Virus record (IMG/VR): IMGVR_UViG_3300006145_000002
Direction: 5' to 3' (one strand)
DNA length: 64,000 bases
From: an uncultured virus (IMG/VR IMGVR_UViG_3300006145_000002)
Lineage: Duplodnaviria; Heunggongvirae; Uroviricota; Caudoviricetes
Part shown: in pieces, positions 29,694 through 41,393 of the stretch
How positions within the stretch are numbered: position 1 is the stretch's first letter
Layout of the letters: each line of letters opens with the position of its first letter
Notes under the pieces: generated by a model
What the model saw: the letters and a program-made list of their open reading frames with translations, nothing else
Told to the model about the DNA's origin: nothing
The model's database searches: none
Made by a program: the position numbers and the translations under genes

Positions 29694-30833
29694 ATGGCAA
29701 GAAAGTTTGGTAAGAAGCGTGAGATTTGCATTGATCCTCTGGCATATAACATTGGTCTGATTGGCGAAAGCGGTATCGGCAAGTCCACTGTTATCAAGGA
29801 AGTTTGTGAGAAGCTGGCTGGCGATGAGGGCTATATTGCTCTCGACATTGGCAAGGAAGATGGTCATGATGCTATCAATGGTATTGTGTCTGAAAAGATT
29901 CCTGATTGGTCTGCGTTTAAGGAGTTCTGTGATGATGTAATCGAAAACAAGCTGACTGATTATAAGGAACTGCGTGTTATTGTTCTTGATACATTTGATC
30001 AGTTGCTTGAGATTGCAGAGCCAGAGGTTATTCGGATGCACAATCGGGCAAATCCTGATAAGCCTAAGATTAGTTCTATTAAGGCTGCATTTGGCGGGTT
30101 CATGGCTGGTGAAGATAAGGCCATTCAGATTGTTCTTGATAAGCTGTGGGAACTGAAAAGTGTCGGCGTTTCCTTTATTGCTATTGGACATACAAAGAAG
30201 AAGGATGTAGATGATCCTATTACTGGCGAGTCTTATTCCATTCTGACTACCAATATGAGTCAGCGGTATTTCAATGCGCTCAAGACTAAGCTACATTTCC
30301 TTGGAGTTGCGTACATTGATCGTGAGATTGTTAAGCAGAAAACAGGCAAGAAGAATGTGGTTACTAAGCAGGAGGAAGTTAAGGGCAAAGTCATGAGCGA
30401 GTCCCGCCGTATTTCCTTCCGTGATGATAACTATAGTGTCGATTCTAAGTCTCGTTTTGCTGACATTGTGGATCAGATTCCTCTTGATTCTGATGCTCTT
30501 ATTAAGGCTTTGACGGATGCTATTCTTGCCGAGCATAGCAAGGGTGACAAGACCGTTGAACAGTCTAAGAAGGAACTGGAGGCCGCTCGTAAGGCAAAGG
30601 AGGCCGAGGTTGCTGAAAAGCTGGAGCAGGATGCAAAGAACAAGATTGACGAGGAACGCAATGCAGAACTTATGAGTGTGATCCAGAATAAGTTCTCTGA
30701 TGCTGCCGCTGCCACTAAGAAAAAGGTAAAGGCAATTATGGCTGAGAATAACATTCCGAATTTCAAGAATTCTGATGATATTCCTACTGCCATTCTGGAG
30801 AGCATTGTTGAGGTTCTGAATCAGGCAGAGTAA
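29694..30833 (+). CDS. AAA ATPase (Sak4-like)
   Basis: GESGIGKS, VLDT, IGH motifs. Confidence 0.75.
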   Translation: MARKFGKKREICIDPLAYNIGLIGESGIGKSTVIKEVCEKLAGDEGYIALDIGKEDGHDAINGIVSEKIPDWSAFKEFCDDVIENKLTDYKELRVIVLDTFDQLLEIAEPEVIRMHNRANPDKPKISSIKAAFGGFMAGEDKAIQIVLDKLWELKSVGVSFIAIGHTKKKDVDDPITGESYSILTTNMSQRYFNALKTKLHFLGVAYIDREIVKQKTGKKNVVTKQEEVKGKVMSESRRISFRDDNYSVDSKSRFADIVDQIPLDSDALIKALTDAILAEHSKGDKTVEQSKKELEAARKAKEAEVAEKLEQDAKNKIDEERNAELMSVIQNKFSDAAAATKKKVKAIMAENNIPNFKNSDDIPTAILESIVEVLNQAE

Positions 30834-30845
30834 TAGGAGGTACTT

Positions 30846-31352
30846 ATGGCGAGGCCATGCAAATGTGCTATCACAGGTGAAAAAGGAACTACTGATACAT
30901 TTGTAAAGATCAATGGAAAGTATTATAAAAGCCAAGAAATTTATGATGCTGACCAAAAGAGCAAGGCCAAGCGCAAAGAACTGATTGACTATGTTTGTCG
31001 GGAGTTTTTAAGGTATGGAAATAGGCAACCATTTCCTACCTCCCTCCCCAAAAAGTTAAATGAACTATCATTTTATGATGATGATGTGATTTTAGAAACT
31101 TTCAAACGATGTGCCTCTGATATTCATTATCAGATAGAACATAAGCAGTTCTCCGCTGAATACAACAAAATAGCATATATGTTTGCGATTATCAAAAGTT
31201 CTATTGCAGATGTAAATGCAGAGTTCCAACGCAAAAAGAAACAAGAGAATATAACAAAATCAACTGAAATTGAATGTGGCGATTTATCCAGCATTGGGAC
31301 AAAAACCCGTGGAAAGGATATTAGTAGCTTTCTCAACGATGATGAGTTTTAA
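30846..31352 (+). CDS. hypothetical replication protein
   Basis: Between ATPase and helicase, AGGAGG RBS. Confidence 0.6.
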   Translation: MARPCKCAITGEKGTTDTFVKINGKYYKSQEIYDADQKSKAKRKELIDYVCREFLRYGNRQPFPTSLPKKLNELSFYDDDVILETFKRCASDIHYQIEHKQFSAEYNKIAYMFAIIKSSIADVNAEFQRKKKQENITKSTEIECGDLSSIGTKTRGKDISSFLNDDEF

Positions 31353-31357
31353 GGAGG

Positions 31358-32833
31358 GTGATTGGCATAGATTTAAAAAAGTATCCTGAAGAACTGATTA
31401 AAGGTCGAGATAGCGCAGAAGCTACATTCGTTTTCTGTTTATGGAAACAACCTGATTTGTATGACGATTTTCAGCGTGTTAATGCAAATGAAGATCAGAC
31501 ATTGAAAACAGATGATGGTGTTTTCTACTTTTCGCTTGGTCGCCAGATGTTTAATCAAGGCTTTAAGTCTTTTGATAATGTTACTATTTATACTTTTCTG
31601 GAGGGCAAACCGACAGTCAAAAAGCATTTTGATGAACTTGGTGGCTATGCAACAGTAAGTGAACTTTGTTCCTTGGTAAATCCAGAAAATGTTGATGCTT
31701 ATTATGACAAGGTTGCAAAGATGAATACTTTGATGACTTTGTATGATAAGGGGTTTCCTGTATTAGACAATATTGATCGGTTCTCCAAAATGACAAATCA
31801 AGAGGTGTATGATTATTTTGATTACATTTTAAATAGTGTAAGCATTAAAAACACACACGATATTGAAATTGAAACATTGGAGATTGATGAGAAATTTCTT
31901 ACTGAATGTAATGACGGATCAGCGCAGGGCATTAGTTATGGTGCGCATTGTCCTATCTTAAATTACTTAACGCTTGGTACTCCGCTTGGCGATATGTATA
32001 TGTTTGCTGGTCATAGTGGTGTTGGTAAGACTTCATTTGTATTTGAAAATATGATTCTTCCAATGACTGAGGATGGTACAAAATGCGCTGTAATCAGTAA
32101 TGAACAACGTTCAAAGGATTTTAAGCAACTCCTACTTGTACATATACTTACTGCTGAATTAGATTATTGGGGGCTGACCCGAAAGAAGCTGAAGATGGGA
32201 AAGTTCACTAAGGAACGATGGGAAATGCTTCGCAAAGCTAAAGCAATTTCTAAAGAAAAGTATTCTAATATTCAGTTTGTTAAATTGTTTGATAATGATA
32301 TGAACAAGGTTAAGCGCATTATTAAGAAGCTGGCGAAACTTGGTTATCAAGTGGTTATGTTTGATACTATGAAATCTGAAGATGAAATTGATGAATCCAT
32401 GTGGCAGCAGCTTTTGATTCATAGTCGTAAACTGTTTCAGATTACCAGCCGTGAAAATATTTCATTGATCTGTACATATCAGCTTGCCTTACATACTTTA
32501 AATAAACGATATTTGGATGCCAGTTGTCTTTCTAACGCCAAGCAAATTAAGGAAGTCTTTTCTGAAATGGTTTATGCAAGGCCATTGTGGGATGATGAAT
32601 TTCCGGGAGCAAAATTTGATGTAAAACCATATCAACTGAAAAAGGATGAGAGCGGTAAATATACCAACGTGCGCAAGCTAATTCCATTAGACCCGGAAAA
32701 GAAATATATTGTGGCATTTCTTGATAAGACCAGAAACGATGATGATAAAATTCAAGTTCTTTATGAATTTAATGGTCGTTTCAATCGTTGGAAGGAAATT
32801 GGATATTGTTCGGTGTTTAATGAACATAAATAA
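31358..32833 (+). CDS. DnaB-like replicative helicase
   Basis: AGHSGVGKTS, ISNEQ, MFDT, YQL, DKTRN. Confidence 0.85.
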   Translation: MIGIDLKKYPEELIKGRDSAEATFVFCLWKQPDLYDDFQRVNANEDQTLKTDDGVFYFSLGRQMFNQGFKSFDNVTIYTFLEGKPTVKKHFDELGGYATVSELCSLVNPENVDAYYDKVAKMNTLMTLYDKGFPVLDNIDRFSKMTNQEVYDYFDYILNSVSIKNTHDIEIETLEIDEKFLTECNDGSAQGISYGAHCPILNYLTLGTPLGDMYMFAGHSGVGKTSFVFENMILPMTEDGTKCAVISNEQRSKDFKQLLLVHILTAELDYWGLTRKKLKMGKFTKERWEMLRKAKAISKEKYSNIQFVKLFDNDMNKVKRIIKKLAKLGYQVVMFDTMKSEDEIDESMWQQLLIHSRKLFQITSRENISLICTYQLALHTLNKRYLDASCLSNAKQIKEVFSEMVYARPLWDDEFPGAKFDVKPYQLKKDESGKYTNVRKLIPLDPEKKYIVAFLDKTRNDDDKIQVLYEFNGRFNRWKEIGYCSVFNEHK

Positions 32834-33001
32834 GGAGGATTAATGACATATCGTGAGTCTTTAGAAAAAGAGAAAATTACACTAAATGGAAATGACTATG
32901 TACCTCTGGAGAAGGTAAAAGAAATTCTGGATGAAATAGAGAATGAGTTGGGCGTTATTCCAAATTTGTTAAAATTATTGTATTAGAAAGAAGGATGTAA
33001 A

Positions 33002-33547
33002 ATGAAGAATTTTAAGCCTATTTTGATTGGTATTGCCGTTGTTGTGGCTGCAATTTTGCTGTTTGTTTTTGCGTTTCAAGGGGTTCAGAATAAAGCTATT
33101 TCGCTTGAGGAACAGATTAATACGGCACAGTCAGAGATTAAGGTGCAAGAGAAGCGCAGGGCTGATTTGATTCCCAATCTGGTTGATTGTGTTAAGGCAT
33201 ACGATGAGCATGAGTATCAGACACTTATGGATGTGATTGGACAGCGTGGTAGTTCTTCAGATGAGAGTGTGCAAGAAATTCGGACTATGATTCAGGCCGT
33301 GGCGGAGGCATATCCTGATCTAAAGAGTAGTGACAATTATAAGGAACTGATGAACGAACTTGCCACTACGGAGAATTTGATTGCAAATTATCGTAGCAAT
33401 TTTAATACATGGGTAAAGAACTATAATCAGTATGTTCGGAAGTTCCCTAATAAGCAGATTTTGAGTATGCTTGGGTATCAGCTTATGGATTATACATATC
33501 TTGATTACAATGTTTCTTCTGATGCTCCAACTAATCTTTTTGACTAA
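33002..33547 (+). CDS. lemA: LemA family protein
   Basis: N-terminal TM, KRRADLIPNLV, EAYPDLKS, YNQYVRKFP. Confidence 0.9.
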   Translation: MKNFKPILIGIAVVVAAILLFVFAFQGVQNKAISLEEQINTAQSEIKVQEKRRADLIPNLVDCVKAYDEHEYQTLMDVIGQRGSSSDESVQEIRTMIQAVAEAYPDLKSSDNYKELMNELATTENLIANYRSNFNTWVKNYNQYVRKFPNKQILSMLGYQLMDYTYLDYNVSSDAPTNLFD

Positions 33548-33558
33548 AGGTAAGCAAT

Positions 33559-34287
33559 ATGAAAATCACAAAGCGGGAAGTTATTTTTAGTATTGCGTTA
33601 ATTTGCATTATGCTTGTTATTGGTATTGTTATCTCGGACAAAATCAATGATAGTTTAATGGAGCAATACCAGAAATATAATACTGCGCTTCAGATTAACG
33701 ATGATCCAGAATTGTTCAAATATGGTATGCGTACAAATGTTGGTAATGCGTTTGTACATGGCGATCTGGTTGCGGTTGATCCTGTTTCCTATCCTGAAGT
33801 AGATGGGTTATATGGTTCTATGACTAAGGTTACTGAACGTTATACAATGCACACACGGACAGTAACAAAGACAAGAACTGTTAATGGTAAAACACAAACT
33901 TATACTGAAGTAGAAACATATTGGACATGGGATACTATTGATAGGGATTATCGTAATGCAACTACAATTTCATATCTTGGTGTAGAATTTCCATATGGAA
34001 CTATTGAGTATTTCCCAGAGAACTATATTACGACAATTAAACTTTCATCACATTTGAGAGATAAGTATTATGGTTCAGATATTTCATATACAGGCACATT
34101 GTTTGCGAATTTAAGTGACAACACAATTTCTCAAACTTCATTTTATAATGATATGCCAATAGATAAAACAATCGAATATCTGGAATCAAAAGTTCAACTG
34201 GTTATCTTTTGGGTGTTCTGGATTATTTTGATTGGCGTTGCTACATATGGATTCTACTATTTGGACAATAAGTGGCTTGAGGGATAA
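33559..34287 (+). CDS. two-TM membrane protein (LemA partner)
   Basis: N- and C-terminal hydrophobic helices. Confidence 0.65.
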   Translation: MKITKREVIFSIALICIMLVIGIVISDKINDSLMEQYQKYNTALQINDDPELFKYGMRTNVGNAFVHGDLVAVDPVSYPEVDGLYGSMTKVTERYTMHTRTVTKTRTVNGKTQTYTEVETYWTWDTIDRDYRNATTISYLGVEFPYGTIEYFPENYITTIKLSSHLRDKYYGSDISYTGTLFANLSDNTISQTSFYNDMPIDKTIEYLESKVQLVIFWVFWIILIGVATYGFYYLDNKWLEG

Positions 34288-34317
34288 TTGGTTGTAGATT
34301 GAAAGGAGGGCGGTATT

Positions 34318-35343
34318 ATAGTAAATGCACTATCGCTGTCCAATTACTTATCTAACAATTTAGATGCCTGTATCGTCCTCCTTGAATCTATGGACTATAC
34401 GCAGATTACATATAGAAGTAAACAAAATGAATTGCGTTTTAGCCGTGAGGATGGGCATAATCCAACAGCAATGCGATTGAAACTTGATACCTTAAAGTTT
34501 GATGGGTTTTCTATAAATGAACATGGCAATCTGTATTCACTTGTAATGAAAACAAAAAAATTGTCATTTCCAAAAGCATTAAGATATGTCGCTGAAACAC
34601 TTGGGCTTGAAAAAAGTCAATTCAGTAAAAAGATCAGGTATCCATTTGGCGGGTTTTACAAAGGCTTGATGAAAGAAATTCAAGAACCAGAGTATTCAAT
34701 GGCTACATATGATGAATCTATTCTTGATGAATATACTGGCAAATATAATTTGATGTTTTTCAAGGATGGAATCAGTTTTCAAACACAAGAACACTTCAAT
34801 GTCGGATTTGATTTAGAGTCGCTGCGGATTACTGTTCCTGAGTATACTTTAGATGGTAAGCTATGTGGGATCATGGGGCGATTGAATGATAGCAAATGCT
34901 CCAAAGACGAACGTTGGTTGCCGATCATTCCATGCTCCCGCAGCCTTACCCTTTATGGATACCATCACAACTATGAATCTATTCAGCAAAAGAATATTGT
35001 AGTGGTTGGTGAATCAGAAAAATTTGTTCAGCAGCTTCATTCTATGGGCAGCTATATAGGGTTGGCTACTTGCGGTTGTGATGTAAGTGATATTCAGGCA
35101 AAGCATTTAAAAGCATTGATGACTTCAAAGATTATTCTGGCCTATGATGAGGGGCTGGAAGAAGAACAGATAAGGTTACAGGCTCAAAAATTGATTCTAA
35201 ATAATGCAGTATTTCAAAATCATGTTGGTTATGTATTTGATCGAGAAAATTTGATACTGCCAAAAGGAAGTAAGGCCAGCCCATCCGATTTAGGCAAGGC
35301 GGCATTTACAGAACTTATAAAAAGTCATGTTATATGGTTATAA
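34318..35343 (+). CDS. DNA primase (TOPRIM), probable non-AUG start
   Basis: GIMGR, LYGY, VVGESEK, LAYDEG. Frame is open from the AAGGAGG RBS at 34303, first ATG at 34390. Confidence 0.8.
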   Translation: MVNALSLSNYLSNNLDACIVLLESMDYTQITYRSKQNELRFSREDGHNPTAMRLKLDTLKFDGFSINEHGNLYSLVMKTKKLSFPKALRYVAETLGLEKSQFSKKIRYPFGGFYKGLMKEIQEPEYSMATYDESILDEYTGKYNLMFFKDGISFQTQEHFNVGFDLESLRITVPEYTLDGKLCGIMGRLNDSKCSKDERWLPIIPCSRSLTLYGYHHNYESIQQKNIVVVGESEKFVQQLHSMGSYIGLATCGCDVSDIQAKHLKALMTSKIILAYDEGLEEEQIRLQAQKLILNNAVFQNHVGYVFDRENLILPKGSKASPSDLGKAAFTELIKSHVIWL

Positions 35344-35377
35344 CGATTTAATCAATAATAATGAAAGGTTGTAATAT

Positions 35378-36499
35378 ATGGCAAAGCGAGAAAAAGATCC
35401 ACGGCTTCAGGCATTGTTTGATGCTGGTAAAAATGTATATAGTATTTCAAAGTGCAATACAATCGAGGAATGTTTGTTTGAAGCATTTAATACATATATC
35501 CTTCACAAAAAGGGTACGAATGGTATTTATGGAATTTTGGGAACTAAGATTCACGACAAGCTGGAGGAAATTATTAATGGCAAAGCAACCGCCGCAGAGT
35601 TGCCAACCACACTTAATGAAGAACTCTTGGATTTGGATATGCTTGGCGTTGAATTTCCCAAGGACTTTAAGGGCAATGATACTATCCGTAACAACTGGAT
35701 TGCTGATATGAAACATTTCTGTAGCACGTTCCAGCCTCCCAACGGCACATTTAAGACAGAGGAATTGGTTATCTATTCTCTTTCTGATGATCGTTATGTA
35801 CAGGGCTACATTGACCTGATCCGTGAAAATTCTGATGGGACAATTTCAATCTACGATTGGAAAACGTCTACCGACTTTAAGGCGGCTGAATTGGTGCATC
35901 ATGGACGACAGCTTGTGTTCTATGCGCTGGCAAAGGAGGCAGAAGGATTTAAAGTACGTGATGTATCTTGGATTATGCTGAAATACTGTGAAGTCAAATT
36001 TATGGGTAAGAAGCGTTCTAATTCTAAGAACAAAACCGAAATCGTTAAAGTTCTGAATCGTGGCAAATTGATTTATGAACTTCGGGATCATATTCAGCGT
36101 GATCTTGAGGAACTTGGTTATGATGAACTTGATATTGAGATTATGTATAAGAATGCTTTGCAAGCAAATTCTTTGGACGTGCTGCCACCAGAGATTCAGG
36201 AGCGATATACAGTTAAACCCTATGTACGTCAATATGTTATTACCGATGAACTGCGGCAAGAAACGATTGATTATTTAAATCGTATGGCTGACCTCTTTGA
36301 GTCATTGGATCAGAATGATGAAAGCCAGTGGCCTCCCCGTCAGTTTACACGGATCAATGGGAATGGCAATGAGGTTGAGGATACATTCTTCTGTAATAAC
36401 TTGTGCAATTTCCGTAATACGTGTGTCCATGTTAAGCGGTTCAATGATCAATGGGCTTTGCGAAAGCTGGATAAGGATGAGGATGCTAATTTGTTTTAA
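35378..36499 (+). CDS. PD-(D/E)XK nuclease (RecB/Cas4-like)
   Basis: GYIDL, IYDWKTS, QLVFYA, C-terminal Cys cluster. Confidence 0.85.
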   Translation: MAKREKDPRLQALFDAGKNVYSISKCNTIEECLFEAFNTYILHKKGTNGIYGILGTKIHDKLEEIINGKATAAELPTTLNEELLDLDMLGVEFPKDFKGNDTIRNNWIADMKHFCSTFQPPNGTFKTEELVIYSLSDDRYVQGYIDLIRENSDGTISIYDWKTSTDFKAAELVHHGRQLVFYALAKEAEGFKVRDVSWIMLKYCEVKFMGKKRSNSKNKTEIVKVLNRGKLIYELRDHIQRDLEELGYDELDIEIMYKNALQANSLDVLPPEIQERYTVKPYVRQYVITDELRQETIDYLNRMADLFESLDQNDESQWPPRQFTRINGNGNEVEDTFFCNNLCNFRNTCVHVKRFNDQWALRKLDKDEDANLF

Positions 36500-37190
36500 C
36501 ATAGGGTAATTTTGATTGAAGGTGAATATTATAAAAGACTTTTTAGGACAAGAATTAAATATTGGAGATAAAGTAGTTGCTTTATCTTACAAATCCACAA
36601 GTTCAACTCTTTATTTGGGCGAAATTGAAAAGATTACAAGCAAAATGGTTGTCGTTAAAGCATTTAATAGCAATCATGATTGGCGATATGATGAAGTAAT
36701 GCGTGTATCTCCTTACAAAATAGTTAAGATGAATAATAAAAACGCAGTTGTGCATGGGCAATGGAAAGATGGCGTTTCAATTTGTCCTATATGCGGTATG
36801 GACAAATATACTGGTCTTGATGCTGATATTTATGCTGATTGGCAACCAAAATTTTGTCCTAACTGCGGTGCAAAGATGGACACAAGAGAATAACTTGGAG
36901 GTAATTTATGATGCAAGAACCAATTCTTATTGTTGTTAGAGATGGAAGTACAAAGGTATTTAGTCTTAATACAAATCAGGAAGTCTATATTATTGACCAA
37001 CGTGGAAGTAATATAGAAAACCCACCCACTTTATATCAAGCAACTATCATAAAAGAAGATGTAAAGCCATTTCGTCATACTGTTTCAGAAATTGAGTATA
37101 CAGTTGATCAAGTTAGTAGAATGGTTAATGGTGATAAATTATGAAACTTGTAAATGCAAAGCTATATGAAGAACAGATTAGGCAAAAAAT

Positions 37191-37544
37191 GTGGGAGATA
37201 TTGAGAATCACAAGAATATTAAAATGCACCGATTAATTCTCAAATGTGATGATGACCAAGTTGTAGATCATATTTATCATCATTTGAATGATAACCGAAA
37301 GTCTCAAATCAGAATTGCAACACATCAAGAAAATCAGAGAAATCAGAAAATAAACAAAGCAAATAACAGCGGCAAAACTGGTGTTTGCTTAAACAAAAAG
37401 AACGGGAAATGGAGAGCATATATCACCATAATGAATCGGCAGAAATCATTAGGTCACTATGATAAGTTTGAAGATGCGGTACAAGCAAGAATCAATGCAG
37501 AAAAAGAATATTTCAAAGAGTTTAGATATGAAGGAGTGATTTAA
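37191..37544 (+). pseudogene. N-terminally truncated HNH-AP2 homing endonuclease
   Basis: MHRLIL, VDHI...DNRKSQIR, GVCLNK..KWRAYI. No RBS, joined to an unrelated ORF start at 37141. Confidence 0.65.
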
Positions 37545-37545
37545 T

Positions 37546-40500
37546 TTGCAAAATTATCATAAGCACGATTCATATAGCAACATTTATGTTCCTGATTCTG
37601 CTGCTGTTCAAGAAGATTATGCGAAAAGAGCAGTAGAAGTTGGACATAAGGTTTTGTCCAGTGTACAACATGGATGGGCTGGATATTACTTTGAGACATT
37701 TGAACTGGCAAAAAAGTATGACTTGAAATTTATTTTTGGGGCCGAAGCATATTGGGTAAAGGATCGGCATGAAAAGGATAGAACTAACAGCCATGTTATT
37801 TTACTTGCTAAAAACGAAAATGGACGCAGAGCAATAAATCGAATTATGTCAGATGCAAACGAAGATGGCTACTATTTTCGTCCACGTGTTGATATGGAAC
37901 TGTTACTTAGTCTGCCAGCAGATGATGTAATGATTACAACAGCTTGCATTGCATTTTGGCATTATGAGGACATTGAAGATTTACTTGTTCAATTACATAA
38001 TCATTTTAAGAGCAATCTATTTCTTGAGATTCAGTATCACAATACAGACCCGCAGATTAATTTAAATAAGCGAATTCTGGCCTTGTCTGAAAAGTACAGC
38101 ATTGAAATGATTGTTGGAATGGATAGCCACTACATCTATCCAGAGCAATCAAAAGAACGTGACTATATTCTTGCCGCCAAGAATGTTCATTATGATGATG
38201 AGCAAGGGTGGTATATGGATTATCCTGATGATGATACTACCATGCAGAGGTTCTTAACGCAGGGTGTATTTACCAAAGAGCAGATTCAAAAGGCAATGGA
38301 CAATACTGATCTGTTGCTGGAGTTTGATGATTACTCTGTTTTGTCAAATGGTGAGCCTAATCCGATTTTTTCAAAGGATATTAAGTTACCTACCTTATAT
38401 GATGGCAAACACGAGATTGATGGTAAGTTGTTACCCAAGTTGTCACAGGAGGAACGCAATAAAGAATATAGCAAGCTGATCACAAGGCTTTTCAAAGAAT
38501 ATATGGAAGGTGTACCGCCAGAACAATATGACGAATACTTTGAAGGTATTAAGACAGAGGTTCAGGTTATTAAGGACACCAATATGTCAGATTACTTCCT
38601 GATTGACTATTATATGGTGAAACGAGCAATCAAAATGGGGGGAGTTCTGACAAATTCCGGGCGTGGCAGTTCAGTTGGCTACTTTACAAATACCCTCCTT
38701 GGATTTTCCAAAGTGGATCGCTTTCAAAGTCCCATTAAGCTGTATCCAGAGCGTTTTATCAGTAAGAGTCGTATTCTTGAAACCAAGAGCCTTCCCGATA
38801 TTGACTTAAATTGGGGAACACCAGATATTGCAGCCGAAGCGCAGGAACAGATTCTTGGTAAAGATCATGCTTATCCCATGATTGCTTTCGGTACGTGTAA
38901 GAAAAAGAGTGCATTCAAACTCTATGCACGTGCGCAGAACATGGACTTCGATCTTGCCAATACTATTTCGGCACAGATTGAAAAGTATGATGAAGCCTTG
39001 AAATATGCGGATGATGATGAAAAGGATGACATTAACATCTACGATTATGTTGATGAGCAGTATCATTCCTACATTGATGCCAGTAAAAAGTATCAGGGCA
39101 TTATCATGGATAAGAAGAAAGCACCTTGCGCCTATCTGTTATATAGTGGCAGTATTCGTGAAGAGATTGGCCTAATCAAATGTAAGAGTGAAACAACCAA
39201 GAAAGAATATATGACCGCCGTTATTGACGGTGCTATCGCAGAGAATTATAAGTTCTTGAAAAATGATATTCTGAAAGTAGATGTTGTTTTGCTTGTCGAT
39301 ATGATTTACAAGCGAATTGGCATTAAGCCGCATACTGTAAATGAACTGATGGAACTGGTTAAAAATGATCCGCTTGTATGGGGTATCTATGCTAATGGTT
39401 ATACGATGGGTGTAAATCAGGTCGAGAAAGCATCCACTACCAGAAAGTCGATGAAATATCAGCCTAAAAACGTATCCGAGTTGTCTGCGTTTATTGCAGC
39501 TATTCGCCCAGCGTTTAAATCAATGTATTCCAAACTTGAAAATCGTGAAGATTTCTCTTATGACATTCCTGCCTTTGATAAGATTCTTCAAACAGAGGAA
39601 CTTCCCCAAAGTTTCATTCTGTATCAAGAGCAGACAATGAATACTTTGAACTATGCGGGATTCCCGATTGATGAATGTTATGGAATTATCAAGGCCATTG
39701 CCAAAAAGCATCCTGAAAAGGTACGTCCGTTAAAAGAACGCTTTATTAATGGTTTCCGTGACAGGATCATGGAGGAAGGTACGCCAAAAGAAAAGGCAGA
39801 AGAGGATGCAGCAAGAGTTTGGCAGATCATTTCTGATTCCTGCGGATATGGTTTCAATTCAGCCCATGCTTACTGTATGGCTTTAGATAGTCTTTATAAC
39901 GCATATCTGAAAGCCCATTATCCTTATGAGTTTTATGAAGTCTTGCTTCAGACTTATTCCGACAAGGGTAAAAAAGATAAGGTTGCTGAACTTAAACAGG
40001 AAATGAGTCGTGCATTCGGTATTATGGAGGGAGAGTATAGATTTGGATTGGACAACAGAAAGTTTGTTGCTGATCCAGAGAACCATACAATCTATCCTTC
40101 GTTGCTGTCTATTAAAGGGCTTAGTCAGGGCTGTGCTAATGATTTATATTCGCTTGGTAAAAAGCAATATGATTCATTCTATGAATTATGGAAAGACCTG
40201 AAAAAGAAAAAGAATCTGAATAGCGGCAAGATCAATACTCTGATTGAGATTGGTTACTTTGATGACTTTGGTTCTATCGGCAAGATTAAGCGTTTTGTTG
40301 AAATTCTTGATAGGCTTTATGGTCGTTCTCAGTTTAGCAAGGCCGATCCTCCGATGGAATTTATCAAGTACATTAAAAAGCATTCAGAAGAAACAGAAAA
40401 GCAGTATCGCAAGTTTGATTACGATTCTACTCTACATGAAATCTGGTATGATTTAGATGACGTTGATATTCCGCTTGGCGAACGGTTGAAATATGAACTT

Positions 40501-40821
40501 GATAATATTGGGTATGTAAAGACTTGTATGCCTGATATGTCGCCTGATTATGCGTTTGTGCAGGAATATGAGTGCAAGTATAAGAATCCAAAGTTGACAC
40601 TTTATCGTCTGTGTGATGGTACTACAGAAATTGTTAAGGTACGGCGTAAGAAATATGATGAAGCACCGATCTATGTAGGCGATATTATTAAGACTATGGA
40701 ATGCTCCGAGGAAGGTCGCTGGTCAAAGGATTCAAATGGTGATTGGCAGCAGAGTCAGCACGATAAAGAAAGTATTCTGAAGAAGTGGTCGTTTGTTCGT
40801 GAATCGCCAAAGGAGGATTGA
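37546..40821 (+). CDS. dnaE: DNA polymerase III alpha subunit
   Basis: PHP domain NYHKHD, GRGS, PDIDL, LYQEQ, GYGFNSAHA. Confidence 0.95.
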   Translation: MQNYHKHDSYSNIYVPDSAAVQEDYAKRAVEVGHKVLSSVQHGWAGYYFETFELAKKYDLKFIFGAEAYWVKDRHEKDRTNSHVILLAKNENGRRAINRIMSDANEDGYYFRPRVDMELLLSLPADDVMITTACIAFWHYEDIEDLLVQLHNHFKSNLFLEIQYHNTDPQINLNKRILALSEKYSIEMIVGMDSHYIYPEQSKERDYILAAKNVHYDDEQGWYMDYPDDDTTMQRFLTQGVFTKEQIQKAMDNTDLLLEFDDYSVLSNGEPNPIFSKDIKLPTLYDGKHEIDGKLLPKLSQEERNKEYSKLITRLFKEYMEGVPPEQYDEYFEGIKTEVQVIKDTNMSDYFLIDYYMVKRAIKMGGVLTNSGRGSSVGYFTNTLLGFSKVDRFQSPIKLYPERFISKSRILETKSLPDIDLNWGTPDIAAEAQEQILGKDHAYPMIAFGTCKKKSAFKLYARAQNMDFDLANTISAQIEKYDEALKYADDDEKDDINIYDYVDEQYHSYIDASKKYQGIIMDKKKAPCAYLLYSGSIREEIGLIKCKSETTKKEYMTAVIDGAIAENYKFLKNDILKVDVVLLVDMIYKRIGIKPHTVNELMELVKNDPLVWGIYANGYTMGVNQVEKASTTRKSMKYQPKNVSELSAFIAAIRPAFKSMYSKLENREDFSYDIPAFDKILQTEELPQSFILYQEQTMNTLNYAGFPIDECYGIIKAIAKKHPEKVRPLKERFINGFRDRIMEEGTPKEKAEEDAARVWQIISDSCGYGFNSAHAYCMALDSLYNAYLKAHYPYEFYEVLLQTYSDKGKKDKVAELKQEMSRAFGIMEGEYRFGLDNRKFVADPENHTIYPSLLSIKGLSQGCANDLYSLGKKQYDSFYELWKDLKKKKNLNSGKINTLIEIGYFDDFGSIGKIKRFVEILDRLYGRSQFSKADPPMEFIKYIKKHSEETEKQYRKFDYDSTLHEIWYDLDDVDIPLGERLKYELDNIGYVKTCMPDMSPDYAFVQEYECKYKNPKLTLYRLCDGTTEIVKVRRKKYDEAPIYVGDIIKTMECSEEGRWSKDSNGDWQQSQHDKESILKKWSFVRESPKED

Positions 40822-41393
40822 TCCATGACAGTGCTTGAATTTCTTATGGATGTTAAACGGATTCCATATTGGGATCGCACTCCAGCAATTAGTGATGAAG
40901 AATTGGATAAACTTATTGACTTAGCAAAACCCCATGAAATTTCTTTTAGGCAATATCCAATTCTTCAAAGCAAGCCGCCACAGACAATTCCGTGGGCCAT
41001 GCTTATTCCGCATGAAACACAAGCATGGCTCAATCATCATCAAACTCTTGAAGAATTAGCAAATAGAGGTGGATTAGGTTGGGCAGAAGCACTCGCCATT
41101 TTGGAAGATAAGAAATGGCGAGATGCTATTCACAGTGAAAAAGAAGCAGAGCCTATTGTTAAAAGGCTTGTTGCTGAATTTATGAAATTTCAAGAGGGAT
41201 GAAAATGATTGGCAATTTATTGTTGAGATTTCATGCAAGAAAATCAACTCATCCAATGAAAGATTTCTATTCAAAATCCGATTTTGCTCTTATATTAGCA
41301 ACGGAAGATGGATATATGGAAAGACTTCCAAGATGGGTATGGTGGTTTTAATAATAAAAAATATAATATGAATATGAATTAAGGAGGACAAAT

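Noticed and set aside
20305..30956. Long minus-strand ORFs (e.g. 20305-21225, 28478-29287, 30291-30956)
   Set aside because: They are antisense shadows of well-supported + strand genes, with no motifs that I could recognise.
35378..36499. Cas4 as evidence of a CRISPR-Cas locus
   Set aside because: No array or other cas genes were seen. Stand-alone RecB/Cas4-like nucleases are routine in phage replication modules.
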